Of a DNA stretch of 64,000 nt, positions 10,312 to 21,079 are shown in pieces. Location: assembly GCA_963729895.1 (NCBI GenBank), contig CAVSQB010000011.1:64001-128000 (forward strand), given 5' to 3'. Numbering within the stretch: position 1 is the stretch's first letter; each line of letters begins with the position of its first letter. The notes beneath the pieces are model-generated. The model saw nothing but the letters and a program-made list of their open reading frames with translations, was not told where the DNA came from and ran no database searches. The stretch comes from an uncultured Fibrobacterota bacterium (GTDB lineage Bacteria; Fibrobacterota; Chitinivibrionia; Chitinivibrionales; FEN-1185). The position numbers and the translations under genes were made by a program.

Positions 10312-11385
10312 ATGATAATCCACCTGACGCGCGACGCAACGGCCAAGGACAAACAGGACGTCATCGACAGGATCCATTCGGCCGGCCTCAAGCACGAAGA
10401 CCTGCATGCCACCACCGGAATCACGCTCATCGGCGTGCTCGGCGACACGAGCGCGGTGGAAGAGGGCTATTTCCTGGAACTCTCCGGCGTTGACAAGGTC
10501 ATCCGCATTTCGCGGCCCTACAAGCTTGTCTCGCGCGAATTTTCCGGCGTTTCAAAGGTTGTTTCGGTCGGCGACGTCAAAATCGGGGGCGACAAACTTG
10601 TCGTCATGGCCGGACCGTGCGCGCTGGAGAATGAGAATCAGGTTGAAACCATCGCCGGCTACATAGCCGGCCTCGGGGTCCCGGTGATGCGCGGGGGCGC
10701 GTATAAACCACGAACTTCGCCTTATGCGTTCCAGGGCATGGGCCTTGCGGGGCTCAAACTGCTGGCGAACATACGGCGGAGCTACGGCCTCGCAATCATC
10801 ACCGAGGCAACCGGGCTTCACCGGCATATTGCACCGGACGGGACCCGGGAAGAGAAGACCGTACTCGAAAACGTCATCGAGTACGCGGACATCATTCAGG
10901 TGGGTGCGCGCAACATGAAAGCGTACGGGTTTCTCCAGGAACTGGCTATTTTGACAAAGGATAACAAGAAGCCGATTCTCCTCAAGCGCGGCGAGTCGTC
11001 CACCATCAAGGACTTCCTGCTTGCGGCGGAATATCTCGTGGCCAACGGAAACCCCAACGTGATTCTCTGCCTGCGGGGCATCCGTACGTTCGAAGAGGAA
11101 AAGTTCCAGCGGTACACGGCGGACGTCGGCGCCGTCCCGGTGCTTAAGAGGGAATCCAACCTTCCCGTGGTGTTCGACCCGTCTCACGCCGCGGGGTACC
11201 GGGCAAACGTGTACCGGTTGAGCATGGCTGCCGTTGCTGCAGGCGCGGATGGCCTCCTCATCGAAACGCACAACGACCCGGCTCATGCGCTGTGCGACGG
11301 TGAACAGTGCGTGACGCGGGAGCAGTTGGGGAAAATCAAGGATGATGCGGAAAAGATCCGCGGACTGCTGCCGGGCGCATACTGA
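10312..11385 (+). CDS. aroF: DAHP synthase, class I-beta, with N-terminal regulatory domain
   Basis: 'MAGPCALE', 'RGGAYKPRTSPYAFQG', 'GARNM', 'LKRG', 'DPSH', 'CDGEQ'. Confidence 0.93.
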   Translation: MIIHLTRDATAKDKQDVIDRIHSAGLKHEDLHATTGITLIGVLGDTSAVEEGYFLELSGVDKVIRISRPYKLVSREFSGVSKVVSVGDVKIGGDKLVVMAGPCALENENQVETIAGYIAGLGVPVMRGGAYKPRTSPYAFQGMGLAGLKLLANIRRSYGLAIITEATGLHRHIAPDGTREEKTVLENVIEYADIIQVGARNMKAYGFLQELAILTKDNKKPILLKRGESSTIKDFLLAAEYLVANGNPNVILCLRGIRTFEEEKFQRYTADVGAVPVLKRESNLPVVFDPSHAAGYRANVYRLSMAAVAAGADGLLIETHNDPAHALCDGEQCVTREQLGKIKDDAEKIRGLLPGAY

Positions 11386-11406
11386 TTTGTAAGGAGGACA
11401 TGCGAG

Positions 11407-12399
11407 TTGAGCATCGTAGCGGAATTTGCACGCGAGCTTCACACGGCCTATCCGGGCAAGAACGACCGTTCGCTCGTCCCTTTGGACTACCCTTCGAAAG
11501 GCGAAGGGCTCACCGGCATCCGCGTCGTGCTGTTTGACGTGTACGGAACGCTCTTCAACTATTGGCGGCCGGAATTCGGCGCGGAATCGAGCAAACAGGG
11601 GATTCTTCTGAAGGCTTTCAGGGAGACTATTTCCCGTTTCGGCATGCAGAAATTCCTTTTCGAAATGAACCCAGTCGAGCCGGCCGAAAAAACGCTGAGC
11701 GATTTATATCACGGCCTCATCACTCTCAAACATGAGCTGTCGGCCGAAAAGAAAATCGAATTTCCTGAAATCAGGATTGAAACAATTTGGGAACCCATCG
11801 TGCTCATGCTCAAACGCAGAGGGTACGATCCCTCGGCGATGCATCTCGGCGGCGATGCCGACTTTGTCAAATGCGTTGCCTATTGCTACAACTTCTTTTC
11901 ATTCAACCGCGGCCTGTATCCGGGCGTCGCTGAAGCCCTCAAACGGCTGCGGTCCGAGAACATTCTCCTGGGAATCGTGTCGAACGCGCAGTTCTACACG
12001 CTGGTGGACCTGTCGCTGTTTCTACGGGACCAAACGTCTGGTGAATGCGACGATTACGTCCGGCTGTTCGACAGAGACTTGCTGTTCTTCTCATTTGAAT
12101 ACGGCGTTTCCAAACCGAACCCCATGCTTTTTAGAAAGTTGTTCGACGCGTTGTACGAGTATCATGTGCTCCCGTCGCAGGCCCTGTTCGTGGGAAACGA
12201 TCTGGCGTCCGACGTCAAGCCGGCTCAGGAGGCCGGCATGAAGACCGCGCTTTTTACCGGCGACGGTGAAAGCGTGTTTCTGCACGGCCTTGGCGGCACG
12301 GTGATGCCCGACATCTGTTTTTCGAAGTGGGACGACTTCGCAAACCTGGTCACGTTTTTCTCAAAAGAAGGCGTTGAAACAACGAAAGGACCCGGGTAA
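11407..12399 (+). CDS. HAD superfamily hydrolase
   Basis: 'LFDVYGTL', 'VSNA', 'SKP', 'VGNDLASDV'. Confidence 0.85.
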   Translation: MSIVAEFARELHTAYPGKNDRSLVPLDYPSKGEGLTGIRVVLFDVYGTLFNYWRPEFGAESSKQGILLKAFRETISRFGMQKFLFEMNPVEPAEKTLSDLYHGLITLKHELSAEKKIEFPEIRIETIWEPIVLMLKRRGYDPSAMHLGGDADFVKCVAYCYNFFSFNRGLYPGVAEALKRLRSENILLGIVSNAQFYTLVDLSLFLRDQTSGECDDYVRLFDRDLLFFSFEYGVSKPNPMLFRKLFDALYEYHVLPSQALFVGNDLASDVKPAQEAGMKTALFTGDGESVFLHGLGGTVMPDICFSKWDDFANLVTFFSKEGVETTKGPG

Positions 12400-15300
12400 T
12401 GTCGACATTGAAGCGCATGCACATCGTGCTGTTCGCCGCGTGTTCGCTGGCGCTCGCCGGCGCGGGTGAGGCCAATTTCTTCACCGATTCCGTAGGGAGC
12501 ATCGACGCGCTTCCTGCGGCGTTGCTCAAGGGCGCGCAGGAGGCGTACGGCGTAAACATGAAGGGTCTCGACGCTCTTGACAGAGGAGAACTCGACAGCG
12601 CCGCGGTTTACTTTTCCCGGGCCATGTCGCTGGTCCCGAATTACACCGACGCCCGGAATAATATGGGCGTCGTGCATTTCAGGCGCGGCAACATTTCCCA
12701 GGCGCGGGAAATCTGGCGCTCCATAACCGAAAGCGACCCGTCGTACGCGACGGCATACTACAACCTGGGTGTCATTGCCTTTCACGAAAAGGACTTTCAG
12801 GCCGGCAGTGCCGTGCTGCAAAAGGCGCTGGGCCTCAACAGGAAGTTCGTTGAGGCATACATCATGCTCGGCCGGATGGAACTCATGATGGGCAAGAGAC
12901 GCGAGGGACTCGAACGGTTCCGGGAAGCGTACAAGATCGCTCCCGACCGTGCCGAGGCCTGGCAGTTTTTGGCCTACGGCCTCGTATACGGCGGCGACAC
13001 GGCTGCGGCGGTTGCGGTGCTTTCAAAACACAAAGACGATGCCGCGGCCCTCAAAATGCTCGGCGAAATCGAATCGTTCCGCAAGAACTACAAGGCGGCG
13101 TCCGGCTATTTTCTGGAAGCGGCGTCCCGGGGCGGCAACCCCGACCAGTTGCTCGACCTGGCCTCGTCGGAAATTGACGAACACAACTGTGCGGACGCAC
13201 GGGCCACGCTCGCCGTGTATGCCTCCAAGGTTTCGGTCCAGGCCGCGGACGCCTACCTCTACGCGGGCATCGCGGCAAAGGACTGCGGGGACATTCCCGC
13301 AGCTCGCGCGGCTTTCGAAAAGGGAGTCCAGAAGTATCCCGCCGATCCCATCCTGCGATACAATCTCGGCCAGATTTACTTTCTCCTCAAACAGTATGAC
13401 CTGGCTGAAGGAATGTGGAACTCGGTGAGCGACTCCCTCAACGATCCGTCGCTGTTCTACCTGCGCGCGCTCAACGCCCGGCAGCGCGGCAACCTCGCGC
13501 TCGCGGAAAATTACGTGCGCAGCGCCATCCGGCGCGACGAGAGACCCGAATACCTCGACCTGCTCGGCGTTGTCCAGTATGCCCAGGGAAACAAAGAGGA
13601 GGCCGCGGCAAGCTTCAGGAGAGCGCTCAAGATCGATCCCGAATTGCGTTCGGCCCAGTTGAACCTTGCCGTGGTGTCGCAATCCAAGGACGAACTGGAA
13701 AAAGCGGCCGCGGACCTGGAGAAGAAACGCGACGAATGCAGGAGCAAGTGCCAGGATGTCGCGCTGGAGCTTTCCATTTTGTACTATCACGAGGGACTGG
13801 TGGACAAGGCTGCGCGCCTTCTTGAAACGCTGCCCGACGGTGAAAAAAGCGAGCGCATCTTCCGCCATCTCGCCCTGTACTACCGTGACCTTCACGAATG
13901 GGACAAGGCGATCCGGACGCTCGAAAAATCGAAGACGTTCTTTGTGATCGATCTGCAGACCGAATACGAACTGGCCGAAGATTACCTGTTTTCGGGCAAC
14001 AACCGGAAAGCGGTTGACGCGCTCAACGAGCTCCTTGGGAAATGGGAGCAGAACCCGTGGAGAATCTACTATCAGCTTGGGTATGCCTACATGGAAATGA
14101 AGGAGTTTGCAAAGGCAAAATCCTCCCTTGAGCAGAGCCTCAGGAAGAAACAGGACAACCTTGCCGCGCAAGGGCTGCTGGCTTACATCCTGAACGCGCA
14201 GGGGGACGTTGCGCAGGCGCGGACGCTGTGGGAAAAGACGCTCAGGGAAGACCCGTCGAACGTCGCCCTGCTCGTGAACATGGGGCTCTCGCTCGAAAAA
14301 GACGGGAAGTACGAAGAGGCGTTGCAATACTATCAGAAAGCCCAGCTGCTCAAGACGGATGACAAGGCGATCCAGATCAATATCGGCAACGCCTACAGCG
14401 GCATGGAAAAGAACCGCGAGGCGATCAACGCCTACACGGCCGCTCTCACCTCGCCCAAGCGCACGCTTGCCGCGTACGACATTTTCATCCTTGCGCAGAA
14501 GACCGGGGACGAGACCGCCGCGTCCGGCATGCTTTCGATTTTGACCGGCGAATTTCCCTCGTCGCCCTACACCGCCCGGGCGCAGGCCGACATGCTCCTG
14601 TTGAAGAAGGACACGGCGGCGGCGCTTGCGAAACTCGAAGCGGCATCGGACAAGGACCCCGGCGACCTGATAACGCTAGCCCGCATCTACACAAACAGGA
14701 AGAATGCGGCCAAGGCGTCGCACTACCTCGCCCTGCTTCCCGCGGAACCCTACTGGGAGAAGGCAAAGACAGGCGTGACGGCCCAGATGGATTTTTTCTC
14801 GGGCAACTATGCGCGCGCGTTTGCGGAATGGAAGAGCCTGGACGATTCGAGCTTTGCAACGCTTTACAACATGGCCGTGGCGGCGTTTAACGCAAAGGAA
14901 TATGCCGATGCGATTGCGATAGGAGAAAGGGCTGTGGGGAAGGCGCGCGGCGAAGACAGGGCCGACGTATGCAGGGTTGCGGGTAACTCGGCCATGGGGC
15001 TCAAACAATGGAAGAAGGCGCTTGAGTGGTACCAGCAGCTCGAGGACGTCAAACGCACCGACCCGCTCGTGCAGTATAACCTTGCCGTCATCTGTTATAA
15101 TCTGGGGACCATGGAAGAAAGCTGGACCTACTACCAGAAAGCCAGGCGGCTCGATCCCAAGCTTGAAAACAAGGACATCGAAAAACGGTACCAGGCTTTG
15201 CATTCCCCGGGCGCCGGCATTGCACAGATAATGGATTCCGTTGACTACTGGTACAATACCGCCGTCACCCTGCAGGACAGCGCTCACGACACTACCGCCG

Positions 15301-15602
15301 AGGCGTATTACAGGAAGATATTGGAAAAGAACCCGGCATACTACCTCGCCTGGAACAACCTGGGAGCAATTTACTCCGGAAGGGGCGAATTGGATACGGC
15401 TGTGGAATGTTACCTCAAATCAATAGAAAAGCGGCACGACATTCCGGAGGCGTATGCAAACCTCGTGAATATTTACATCGAGATGAAGAACATCAAGGAG
15501 GCGCAGCGCTGGATTCTCAAGGGCCGGGGCCATAATCCCGACAGCGAACTGCTCAAGGAGCTTGAGGTAAAGGTGAAGGAATTGGCAAAGAAGAAATTCT
15601 GA
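12399..15602 (+). CDS. large exported TPR repeat protein (1067 aa)
   Basis: Signal peptide followed by TPR repeats along the whole length. Confidence 0.85.
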   Translation: MSTLKRMHIVLFAACSLALAGAGEANFFTDSVGSIDALPAALLKGAQEAYGVNMKGLDALDRGELDSAAVYFSRAMSLVPNYTDARNNMGVVHFRRGNISQAREIWRSITESDPSYATAYYNLGVIAFHEKDFQAGSAVLQKALGLNRKFVEAYIMLGRMELMMGKRREGLERFREAYKIAPDRAEAWQFLAYGLVYGGDTAAAVAVLSKHKDDAAALKMLGEIESFRKNYKAASGYFLEAASRGGNPDQLLDLASSEIDEHNCADARATLAVYASKVSVQAADAYLYAGIAAKDCGDIPAARAAFEKGVQKYPADPILRYNLGQIYFLLKQYDLAEGMWNSVSDSLNDPSLFYLRALNARQRGNLALAENYVRSAIRRDERPEYLDLLGVVQYAQGNKEEAAASFRRALKIDPELRSAQLNLAVVSQSKDELEKAAADLEKKRDECRSKCQDVALELSILYYHEGLVDKAARLLETLPDGEKSERIFRHLALYYRDLHEWDKAIRTLEKSKTFFVIDLQTEYELAEDYLFSGNNRKAVDALNELLGKWEQNPWRIYYQLGYAYMEMKEFAKAKSSLEQSLRKKQDNLAAQGLLAYILNAQGDVAQARTLWEKTLREDPSNVALLVNMGLSLEKDGKYEEALQYYQKAQLLKTDDKAIQINIGNAYSGMEKNREAINAYTAALTSPKRTLAAYDIFILAQKTGDETAASGMLSILTGEFPSSPYTARAQADMLLLKKDTAAALAKLEAASDKDPGDLITLARIYTNRKNAAKASHYLALLPAEPYWEKAKTGVTAQMDFFSGNYARAFAEWKSLDDSSFATLYNMAVAAFNAKEYADAIAIGERAVGKARGEDRADVCRVAGNSAMGLKQWKKALEWYQQLEDVKRTDPLVQYNLAVICYNLGTMEESWTYYQKARRLDPKLENKDIEKRYQALHSPGAGIAQIMDSVDYWYNTAVTLQDSAHDTTAEAYYRKILEKNPAYYLAWNNLGAIYSGRGELDTAVECYLKSIEKRHDIPEAYANLVNIYIEMKNIKEAQRWILKGRGHNPDSELLKELEVKVKELAKKKF

Positions 15603-15847
15603 GAAGGACGGCCTTGCGTGAAATCAAAAACAAACCGCTATCGCGACCCTCGCATCCGCTACAATCTTGAAGGCTGGAGCCGGAAAAAGCCTTTCGGGAC
15701 CGGCTCGCCGGAACTGGGAAAACAGGCCATGGGGTTTGGCAGGAGGAAGAAGGGAAAATCGTGAAGCGGTATTCGCCCTCATATATTTTTGGTTTGTAAT
15801 CCTTCTTGAGACGGCAACGCGCAGCAATCCGGCAGTCGGAGGAAGTA

Positions 15848-17179
15848 ATGGATTTCATGGATTCGGTCCTTATCGTCGGCAGCGGGGGCCGCGAGCACGC
15901 GATGGTCAAGGCGCTGTTGCGCTCCGACCGGCCGCTGTTCATGTTCGGCTACCCCGGCAATCCGGGCATGCAGAACGACGGGTGTACGCTCGTTGACAGG
16001 AAGATGAAAGATTGGAACGAGCTCGCCGAATGGGTGGACAAAACCGGAATCGACCTGACCGTGGTGGGCCCCGAAGCGCCGCTGGTGGACGGCATCGTCG
16101 ACACGTTCAGGAAGAAGGGGCGCGCCATCTTCGGGCCGACCAGGAAAGCGGCGCAGCTCGAAGGGAGCAAGTCGTTTGCCAAGAAGTTCATGAAGAAATA
16201 CGGCATACCCACGGCAGCGTTCTCAGTCTTTGACAACAAGGAAGCTGCCGTCGGCTACGTGAAAAAACAAGGCGTCCCCATCGTCGTCAAGGCAAGCGGC
16301 CTGGCGGCGGGAAAGGGCGCGGTGGTGTGCGACACGATGAAAGAGGCAACCGACGCGCTGTCCCTCATGTTCGACGGCAAGGCGTTTGGAGAAGCAAGCG
16401 CCACCGTGGTTGTCGAGGAGAAAATGAGCGGTGAGGAAGCCTCGGTCTTTGTCCTCACCGACGGAAAAACGTACAAGATCCTTCCGGTTTCACAGGACCA
16501 CAAGCGCATCGGCGACAACGATACCGGACCCAACACAGGCGGCATGGGCGCGTATGCGCCGTGCCCGCTTGTGGACAAGAAAATGCTCACGCGGATTGAA
16601 GAAGAAATAATCGTACCAACGCTCGAAGGCATGAAGAAGGAAGACTGTGCGTATCAGGGGCTGCTGTACGCGGGCGTCATGACGACGCCGGAAGGCCCCA
16701 AAGTGGTCGAATACAACTGCCGGTTCGGCGACCCGGAGACGCAGGCCGTGCTGCCGCTTGTCGAGTGCGACTGGTACGAGGCCTTCCTGGCGTGCGCCAC
16801 GGGAAAATTGTCGTCGGTGAAATGGCGGGTGAGGCCCGGGTACTGCGTTTCGGTGGTGCTTGCCTCCAAGGGGTATCCCGGAGCGTACGAAAAAGGGAAA
16901 GTCATTGAAGGCATAGAAAAGGCCGAAGGCCATAAGAGCAACGTGGACGCGTACCATGCGGGAACGGCGCTCAACGCCGGCGGCGACTTTGTCACCAACG
17001 GCGGGCGCGTGCTCACCGTGAGCGCATGGGACGAATCGTTGTCCGATGCCATTGCGGAGGCATACGAAGCGGTGGGCAAAGTCGATTTCGATGGCAAGAC
17101 CTTCAGAAAAGATATCGCGGCCAAGGGATTGGCCAGGCTCAAAAAGAACGGGACTGCCGCGTCGGCGGTTGCGAGATAG
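15848..17179 (+). CDS. purD: phosphoribosylamine--glycine ligase
   Basis: 'GSGGREHA', 'VGPEAPL', 'GLAAGKG', 'GPNTGGMGAY', 'RFGDPETQ', 'TNGGRVL'. Confidence 0.97.
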   Translation: MDFMDSVLIVGSGGREHAMVKALLRSDRPLFMFGYPGNPGMQNDGCTLVDRKMKDWNELAEWVDKTGIDLTVVGPEAPLVDGIVDTFRKKGRAIFGPTRKAAQLEGSKSFAKKFMKKYGIPTAAFSVFDNKEAAVGYVKKQGVPIVVKASGLAAGKGAVVCDTMKEATDALSLMFDGKAFGEASATVVVEEKMSGEEASVFVLTDGKTYKILPVSQDHKRIGDNDTGPNTGGMGAYAPCPLVDKKMLTRIEEEIIVPTLEGMKKEDCAYQGLLYAGVMTTPEGPKVVEYNCRFGDPETQAVLPLVECDWYEAFLACATGKLSSVKWRVRPGYCVSVVLASKGYPGAYEKGKVIEGIEKAEGHKSNVDAYHAGTALNAGGDFVTNGGRVLTVSAWDESLSDAIAEAYEAVGKVDFDGKTFRKDIAAKGLARLKKNGTAASAVAR

Positions 17180-17228
17180 GAAAACGATCGGTGTTCGTAC
17201 CGTACCTTCGGTTGCGGAGGAGTTTTAC

Positions 17229-17693
17229 ATGGCGGGAATGAAAGTCGCGCTCGTGACGGGTTCCAAGTCGGACAAGGATCACGCCGACAAGGCCGAATCG
17301 TTGCTCAAGGAATTCGGCGTGGATTTTGAGACGTTCGTGATATCGGCCCACCGCAACCCGAACAAGATAAAGAAGTTCTCCCGAAGCGCGGAGGAAAACG
17401 GGTTCGGCGTGATTATCGCCATGGCCGGTCTTGCCGCGCACCTCCCCGGCGTGGTTGCGAGCCTCACGGTACTTCCCGTCATAGGCGTTCCCATCGAGTC
17501 GGGCCCGCTACATGGCGAAGACGCCCTGCTTTCAATCGTGCAGATGCCTCCGGGCGTGCCTGTGGCCTCCGTGGGGATCGGCAATGCGAAGAACGCCGCG
17601 CTGCTCGCCGTGCAGATCCTGTCGGTCCACAACATGAAGCTCCGGGAGAAGATGCGGGAGTACCGCAAGCAGTTCGGGGATGACCTTGACTGA
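17229..17693 (+). CDS. purE: N5-CAIR mutase
   Basis: 'GSKSD', 'SAHRNP', 'AGLAAHLPG', 'VQMPPGVPVA'; GGAGG RBS. Confidence 0.96.
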   Translation: MAGMKVALVTGSKSDKDHADKAESLLKEFGVDFETFVISAHRNPNKIKKFSRSAEENGFGVIIAMAGLAAHLPGVVASLTVLPVIGVPIESGPLHGEDALLSIVQMPPGVPVASVGIGNAKNAALLAVQILSVHNMKLREKMREYRKQFGDDLD

Positions 17694-18318
17694 TAGGATT
17701 TCTCTGTCCTCGCTCCTTTCCCGCGGGTATCCTACGGCGCATCTGAAAACGTGCGCCGGGCGGGTGAAAAACGGCGCTATCTTTGTATATCCCACGGAAA
17801 CCATTTACGGCATCGGCGGCAGGGCCGACAACGCTGAGGTTGAACGCCGCATCCGTGGCATCAAAGAACGGAAGAAACTTTCGCCGTTCATCGTGGTTGC
17901 GGGAAACAGGAATTGCTTTGGTCCGCTGGGCCTCCGGTTTTCCCGCAGCGCCGAAATTCTCGCCGAAGAATTCTGGCCGGGAAATCTCACCCTTGTCCTT
18001 CCCGCGAAGGATGCTTTGGGGGGAATCGGGGTGAGGGTTTCGAACCATCCCTTTGTGGTTGCGCTGTGCGCCGAGCTCGGCGCGCCGGTTTTCTCCACGA
18101 GCGCCAACCGCGGGGATTCACCTTATGTGAACGACCCGGATGCCATTTTCGCGACATTCGACGGCAAGATTGATTTCATGGTGGACGCCGGCGTTCTTCC
18201 GGCCGGCCGGCCTTCCACGGTGGTGAGGATACGCGCCGACGATTCGGTTGAGGTCCTGCGTGAAGGCATCCTGTCGCGTGAACAGGTACTGCGCGTTGTG
18301 GACGGCGCACATCCATGA
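17680..18318 (+). CDS. tsaC: L-threonylcarbamoyladenylate synthase (YrdC/Sua5 family)
   Basis: 'YPTETIYG', 'FWPGNLT', 'STSAN', 'STVV', 'LREG'. Confidence 0.9.
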   Translation: MTLTDRISLSSLLSRGYPTAHLKTCAGRVKNGAIFVYPTETIYGIGGRADNAEVERRIRGIKERKKLSPFIVVAGNRNCFGPLGLRFSRSAEILAEEFWPGNLTLVLPAKDALGGIGVRVSNHPFVVALCAELGAPVFSTSANRGDSPYVNDPDAIFATFDGKIDFMVDAGVLPAGRPSTVVRIRADDSVEVLREGILSREQVLRVVDGAHP

Positions 18319-19877
18319 ACCCGGGGCACCGAATGCCTCCGCCCGCCTGCCGAAGACCGCGACTCCTTCTTATCAATCCGTTCGCGGAGATAAAACAGTT
18401 CACGTCGAACGTCGGGTTCGCGCGGCTGATAGGCAAAAAAGCCGGGGCCACGCCGCTTGCGCTGCCCTTGCTGGCCTCGCTTGCTCCCGCCCATTGGGAC
18501 GTGCGGATCATCGACGAAGAGCTCGAACCCGTTCCCGCCGGCATTACCGCGGACCTTGTGGGGATTACCGCGCTCTGCACCACCATCGACCGGGCATACA
18601 CAATCGCGGACGGCTTTCGCGCCCGTAAAGTGCCGGTGGTCCTGGGAGGTCCGTATGTTACCTACAACGCGGACGAAGCGCTTTCCCATGCGGATAGCGT
18701 CGTGCTGGGCGAGGCCGAGGGGGTGTGGAAAGACCTTCTTGACGAGTGCGAAATGGGCGTGCTCGGCCGGACCTACCGGTCCTCGGCGCCCGCGGCGTTC
18801 AGGAATTCGCCGCCCCCCCGGTGGGACCTTGTCGACACCGCGCGCCTTGCCGCGCTGCCGGTCCAGGTGTCGCGCGGGTGCCCGTTTCATTGCGACTTCT
18901 GCCTCGTATCGGAAATGTTCGGCAGGACCATGCGCTACCGGGACATCGATGACATCGTCGCCGAAGTGAAGTCGCTTCCCAAGAAGACCCTTTTCTTTGT
19001 CGACGACAACCTGACTGCCGACAAGGCGTTCGCCCGCGAGCTCATGAAACGGCTCGCTCCGCTCGGCATCGCGTGGATCTGCCAGGCGAGCATCGAAGTC
19101 GCCGGGTTTCCCGACCTTCTTGCCGCCATGGCCGACGCCGGATGCATGCACATGCTGGTGGGTTTCGAATCTGTGAACGAAGCAAGCCTCAGCGAAGCGC
19201 ACAAACGGCAGAACGACATCGGCCGGTACACGGAGGCGATACAGAGGATCCACCGCTGCGGCATCCAGGTGAATGCCTCCATGATTGTGGGATTCGACAA
19301 CGACTCCCTTGACGAATTCGGCCGGATCCGGGAATTTCTGCGTGCTGCCGGCCTCTGGTATGTTAACCTGAACCTTCTGGACGCCATTCCGGGGACCGCG
19401 CTGCACCGCCGCATCGCGGCCGAAGGCAGGTGGTGCAACCGGCCGAACCGGCTCACGGGCGGCATGTTTCCCACGATGCGGTATGCGCGCATGTCGCAGA
19501 CCGCCCTGTTCGATGCATACCTCGAAACCATGCGCACGATGTATTCCTGGGAAGACTTGCACGACCGGATCGTTACGTTGTTTTCCACGGGATGGTTCAA
19601 CCGCCCCGAGCACAACGCGGACATCGGTCTGCTTGACAAGATTATGATGTCTTGCGCCATGGTCTGGAGATACCTTGTTGCGGCAAGGCCGGCCAAGCGG
19701 CGCGTCTTCTTGTCGCTGTTCCGGCTGATCCGGAGGCGCCGCGTTGCCCCGGAGAAAGTGGTGTTCTTTCTCCTTACCGTGGAGGGAATTCACCGGTTGT
19801 TTGATGAAATAACGCCGATGATTCCAAAGTGGCGAGAACAGTTTTTGGCGAGGGATAGGGAGCGTCGGTTTCCGTGA
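18315..19877 (+). CDS. B12-binding domain radical SAM protein
   Basis: CxxxCxxC motif 'RGCPFHCDFC'; N-terminal cobalamin-binding domain 'VVLGGPY', 'GEAE'. Confidence 0.92.
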   Translation: MNPGHRMPPPACRRPRLLLINPFAEIKQFTSNVGFARLIGKKAGATPLALPLLASLAPAHWDVRIIDEELEPVPAGITADLVGITALCTTIDRAYTIADGFRARKVPVVLGGPYVTYNADEALSHADSVVLGEAEGVWKDLLDECEMGVLGRTYRSSAPAAFRNSPPPRWDLVDTARLAALPVQVSRGCPFHCDFCLVSEMFGRTMRYRDIDDIVAEVKSLPKKTLFFVDDNLTADKAFARELMKRLAPLGIAWICQASIEVAGFPDLLAAMADAGCMHMLVGFESVNEASLSEAHKRQNDIGRYTEAIQRIHRCGIQVNASMIVGFDNDSLDEFGRIREFLRAAGLWYVNLNLLDAIPGTALHRRIAAEGRWCNRPNRLTGGMFPTMRYARMSQTALFDAYLETMRTMYSWEDLHDRIVTLFSTGWFNRPEHNADIGLLDKIMMSCAMVWRYLVAARPAKRRVFLSLFRLIRRRRVAPEKVVFFLLTVEGIHRLFDEITPMIPKWREQFLARDRERRFP

Positions 19878-20032
19878 GGTATTTTGCATTTCACCACTCA
19901 GCGGCTGCTCCAAGGCCCAAATATCCAAGCAAATCTCCGTGCGCCGCCCTCGGGTCGGGGCCGGCATTGCTTCGTCACTGTTGATTGTCAACCTGCAACA
20001 GCTTTGCACTTGACCGAACAGGGGCTCTCACG

Positions 20033-20090
20033 TGGGTGCCCCCAGCAGATGTTTGAACTTTTTCACGGGAGGTGCCTGGGCGCACCCGGC
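20033..20090. repeat. REP-like inverted repeat element, copy 1
   Basis: TGGGTGCCCCCA...TGGGCGCACCCGGC; related copy at 28820-28879. Confidence 0.6.
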
Positions 20091-20214
20091 ACTGCTATCC
20101 AGAGGATTATTCAAGGCAACGTCCAGGGTATTTTGCCTTTATCAAAAGTAAATACTATTTTCGTATATTCTGAAATTAAGAAGATCGTATTTTGAATCTT
20201 AATAGGAGGCGAAT

Positions 20215-20757
20215 GTGAAAATGGGCTTCTTTTTCTCCGGCATCTTCTGGGGCAGCGTCCTGATCCTGCTCGGCCTGTCGGTGATCGTCAGGATAGTGTT
20301 CAACATTCATGTTCCCCTCATGCGGATCATTTTCGCCCTCATTCTCATTTACTTCGGCGTGCGGGTGCTTGTTGGCGGTTCGTGGTGCAGGTGGGGATGC
20401 AGCAACTCAAACACGGTCCTTTTCAGCGAGACCAAAACCGAATTTTCCAAGGACTCAAGCGAGTACAACGTCATATTCGGCAAGGGGGTGATCGGCCTGT
20501 CGGATCCGTTGCTTGCGGAGAAAAACAGGAAGATCAAGGTAAACACTATCTTCGGCTCCGCGGAACTGCGGATCAATCCGGCAGTCCCCGCCCTGGTGAG
20601 AGTGACCTCCGCGTTCGCAGGGGCCCGCATGCCCGACGGGAACACGATTTCTTTCGGCGAGTATATCTACAAAACAAAAAGTTATTCGGACGCTTCACCC
20701 TCGTTGCGCGTGGATGCAGCCGTTGTCTTTGGGGGATTGGAAATAAAGGACCACTAG
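20215..20757 (+). CDS. LiaF-like membrane protein
   Basis: N-terminal TM helices plus repeated 'IFG/VFG' beta motifs; AGGAGG RBS. Confidence 0.7.
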   Translation: MKMGFFFSGIFWGSVLILLGLSVIVRIVFNIHVPLMRIIFALILIYFGVRVLVGGSWCRWGCSNSNTVLFSETKTEFSKDSSEYNVIFGKGVIGLSDPLLAEKNRKIKVNTIFGSAELRINPAVPALVRVTSAFAGARMPDGNTISFGEYIYKTKSYSDASPSLRVDAAVVFGGLEIKDH

Positions 20758-21079
20758 GCCTTTCGGTGTCTTCCTCCGTCAACGGGTCCGCTTTGAAAAG
20801 GCTTTTGTTGGGAAACAGATTACCGAACTTCCCTGGAAAGGCCCACATTTCATTGCACTGTGCGCTCATACTATCGCATCCGCAATCAATGCCTTAGTGT
20901 GTGTTTCCCTTGCCGGTATCTCTTACCCGGGGTAAGAAAAAACCTCTGGAATTCCCCTTGAGAGATCGTATTATTATAACGTGGACGGAATCAGAGGCAT
21001 TATGAACGCTTCTTTCGCTCGGTATACGCGTGCGGACGCAATTCCTGTTCGTCACCTCCAAGCATAGCAGGGTTTCATC

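Noticed and set aside
15603..15847. ZTP or PRPP riboswitch upstream of purD
   Set aside because: No recognisable pfl or ykkC motif
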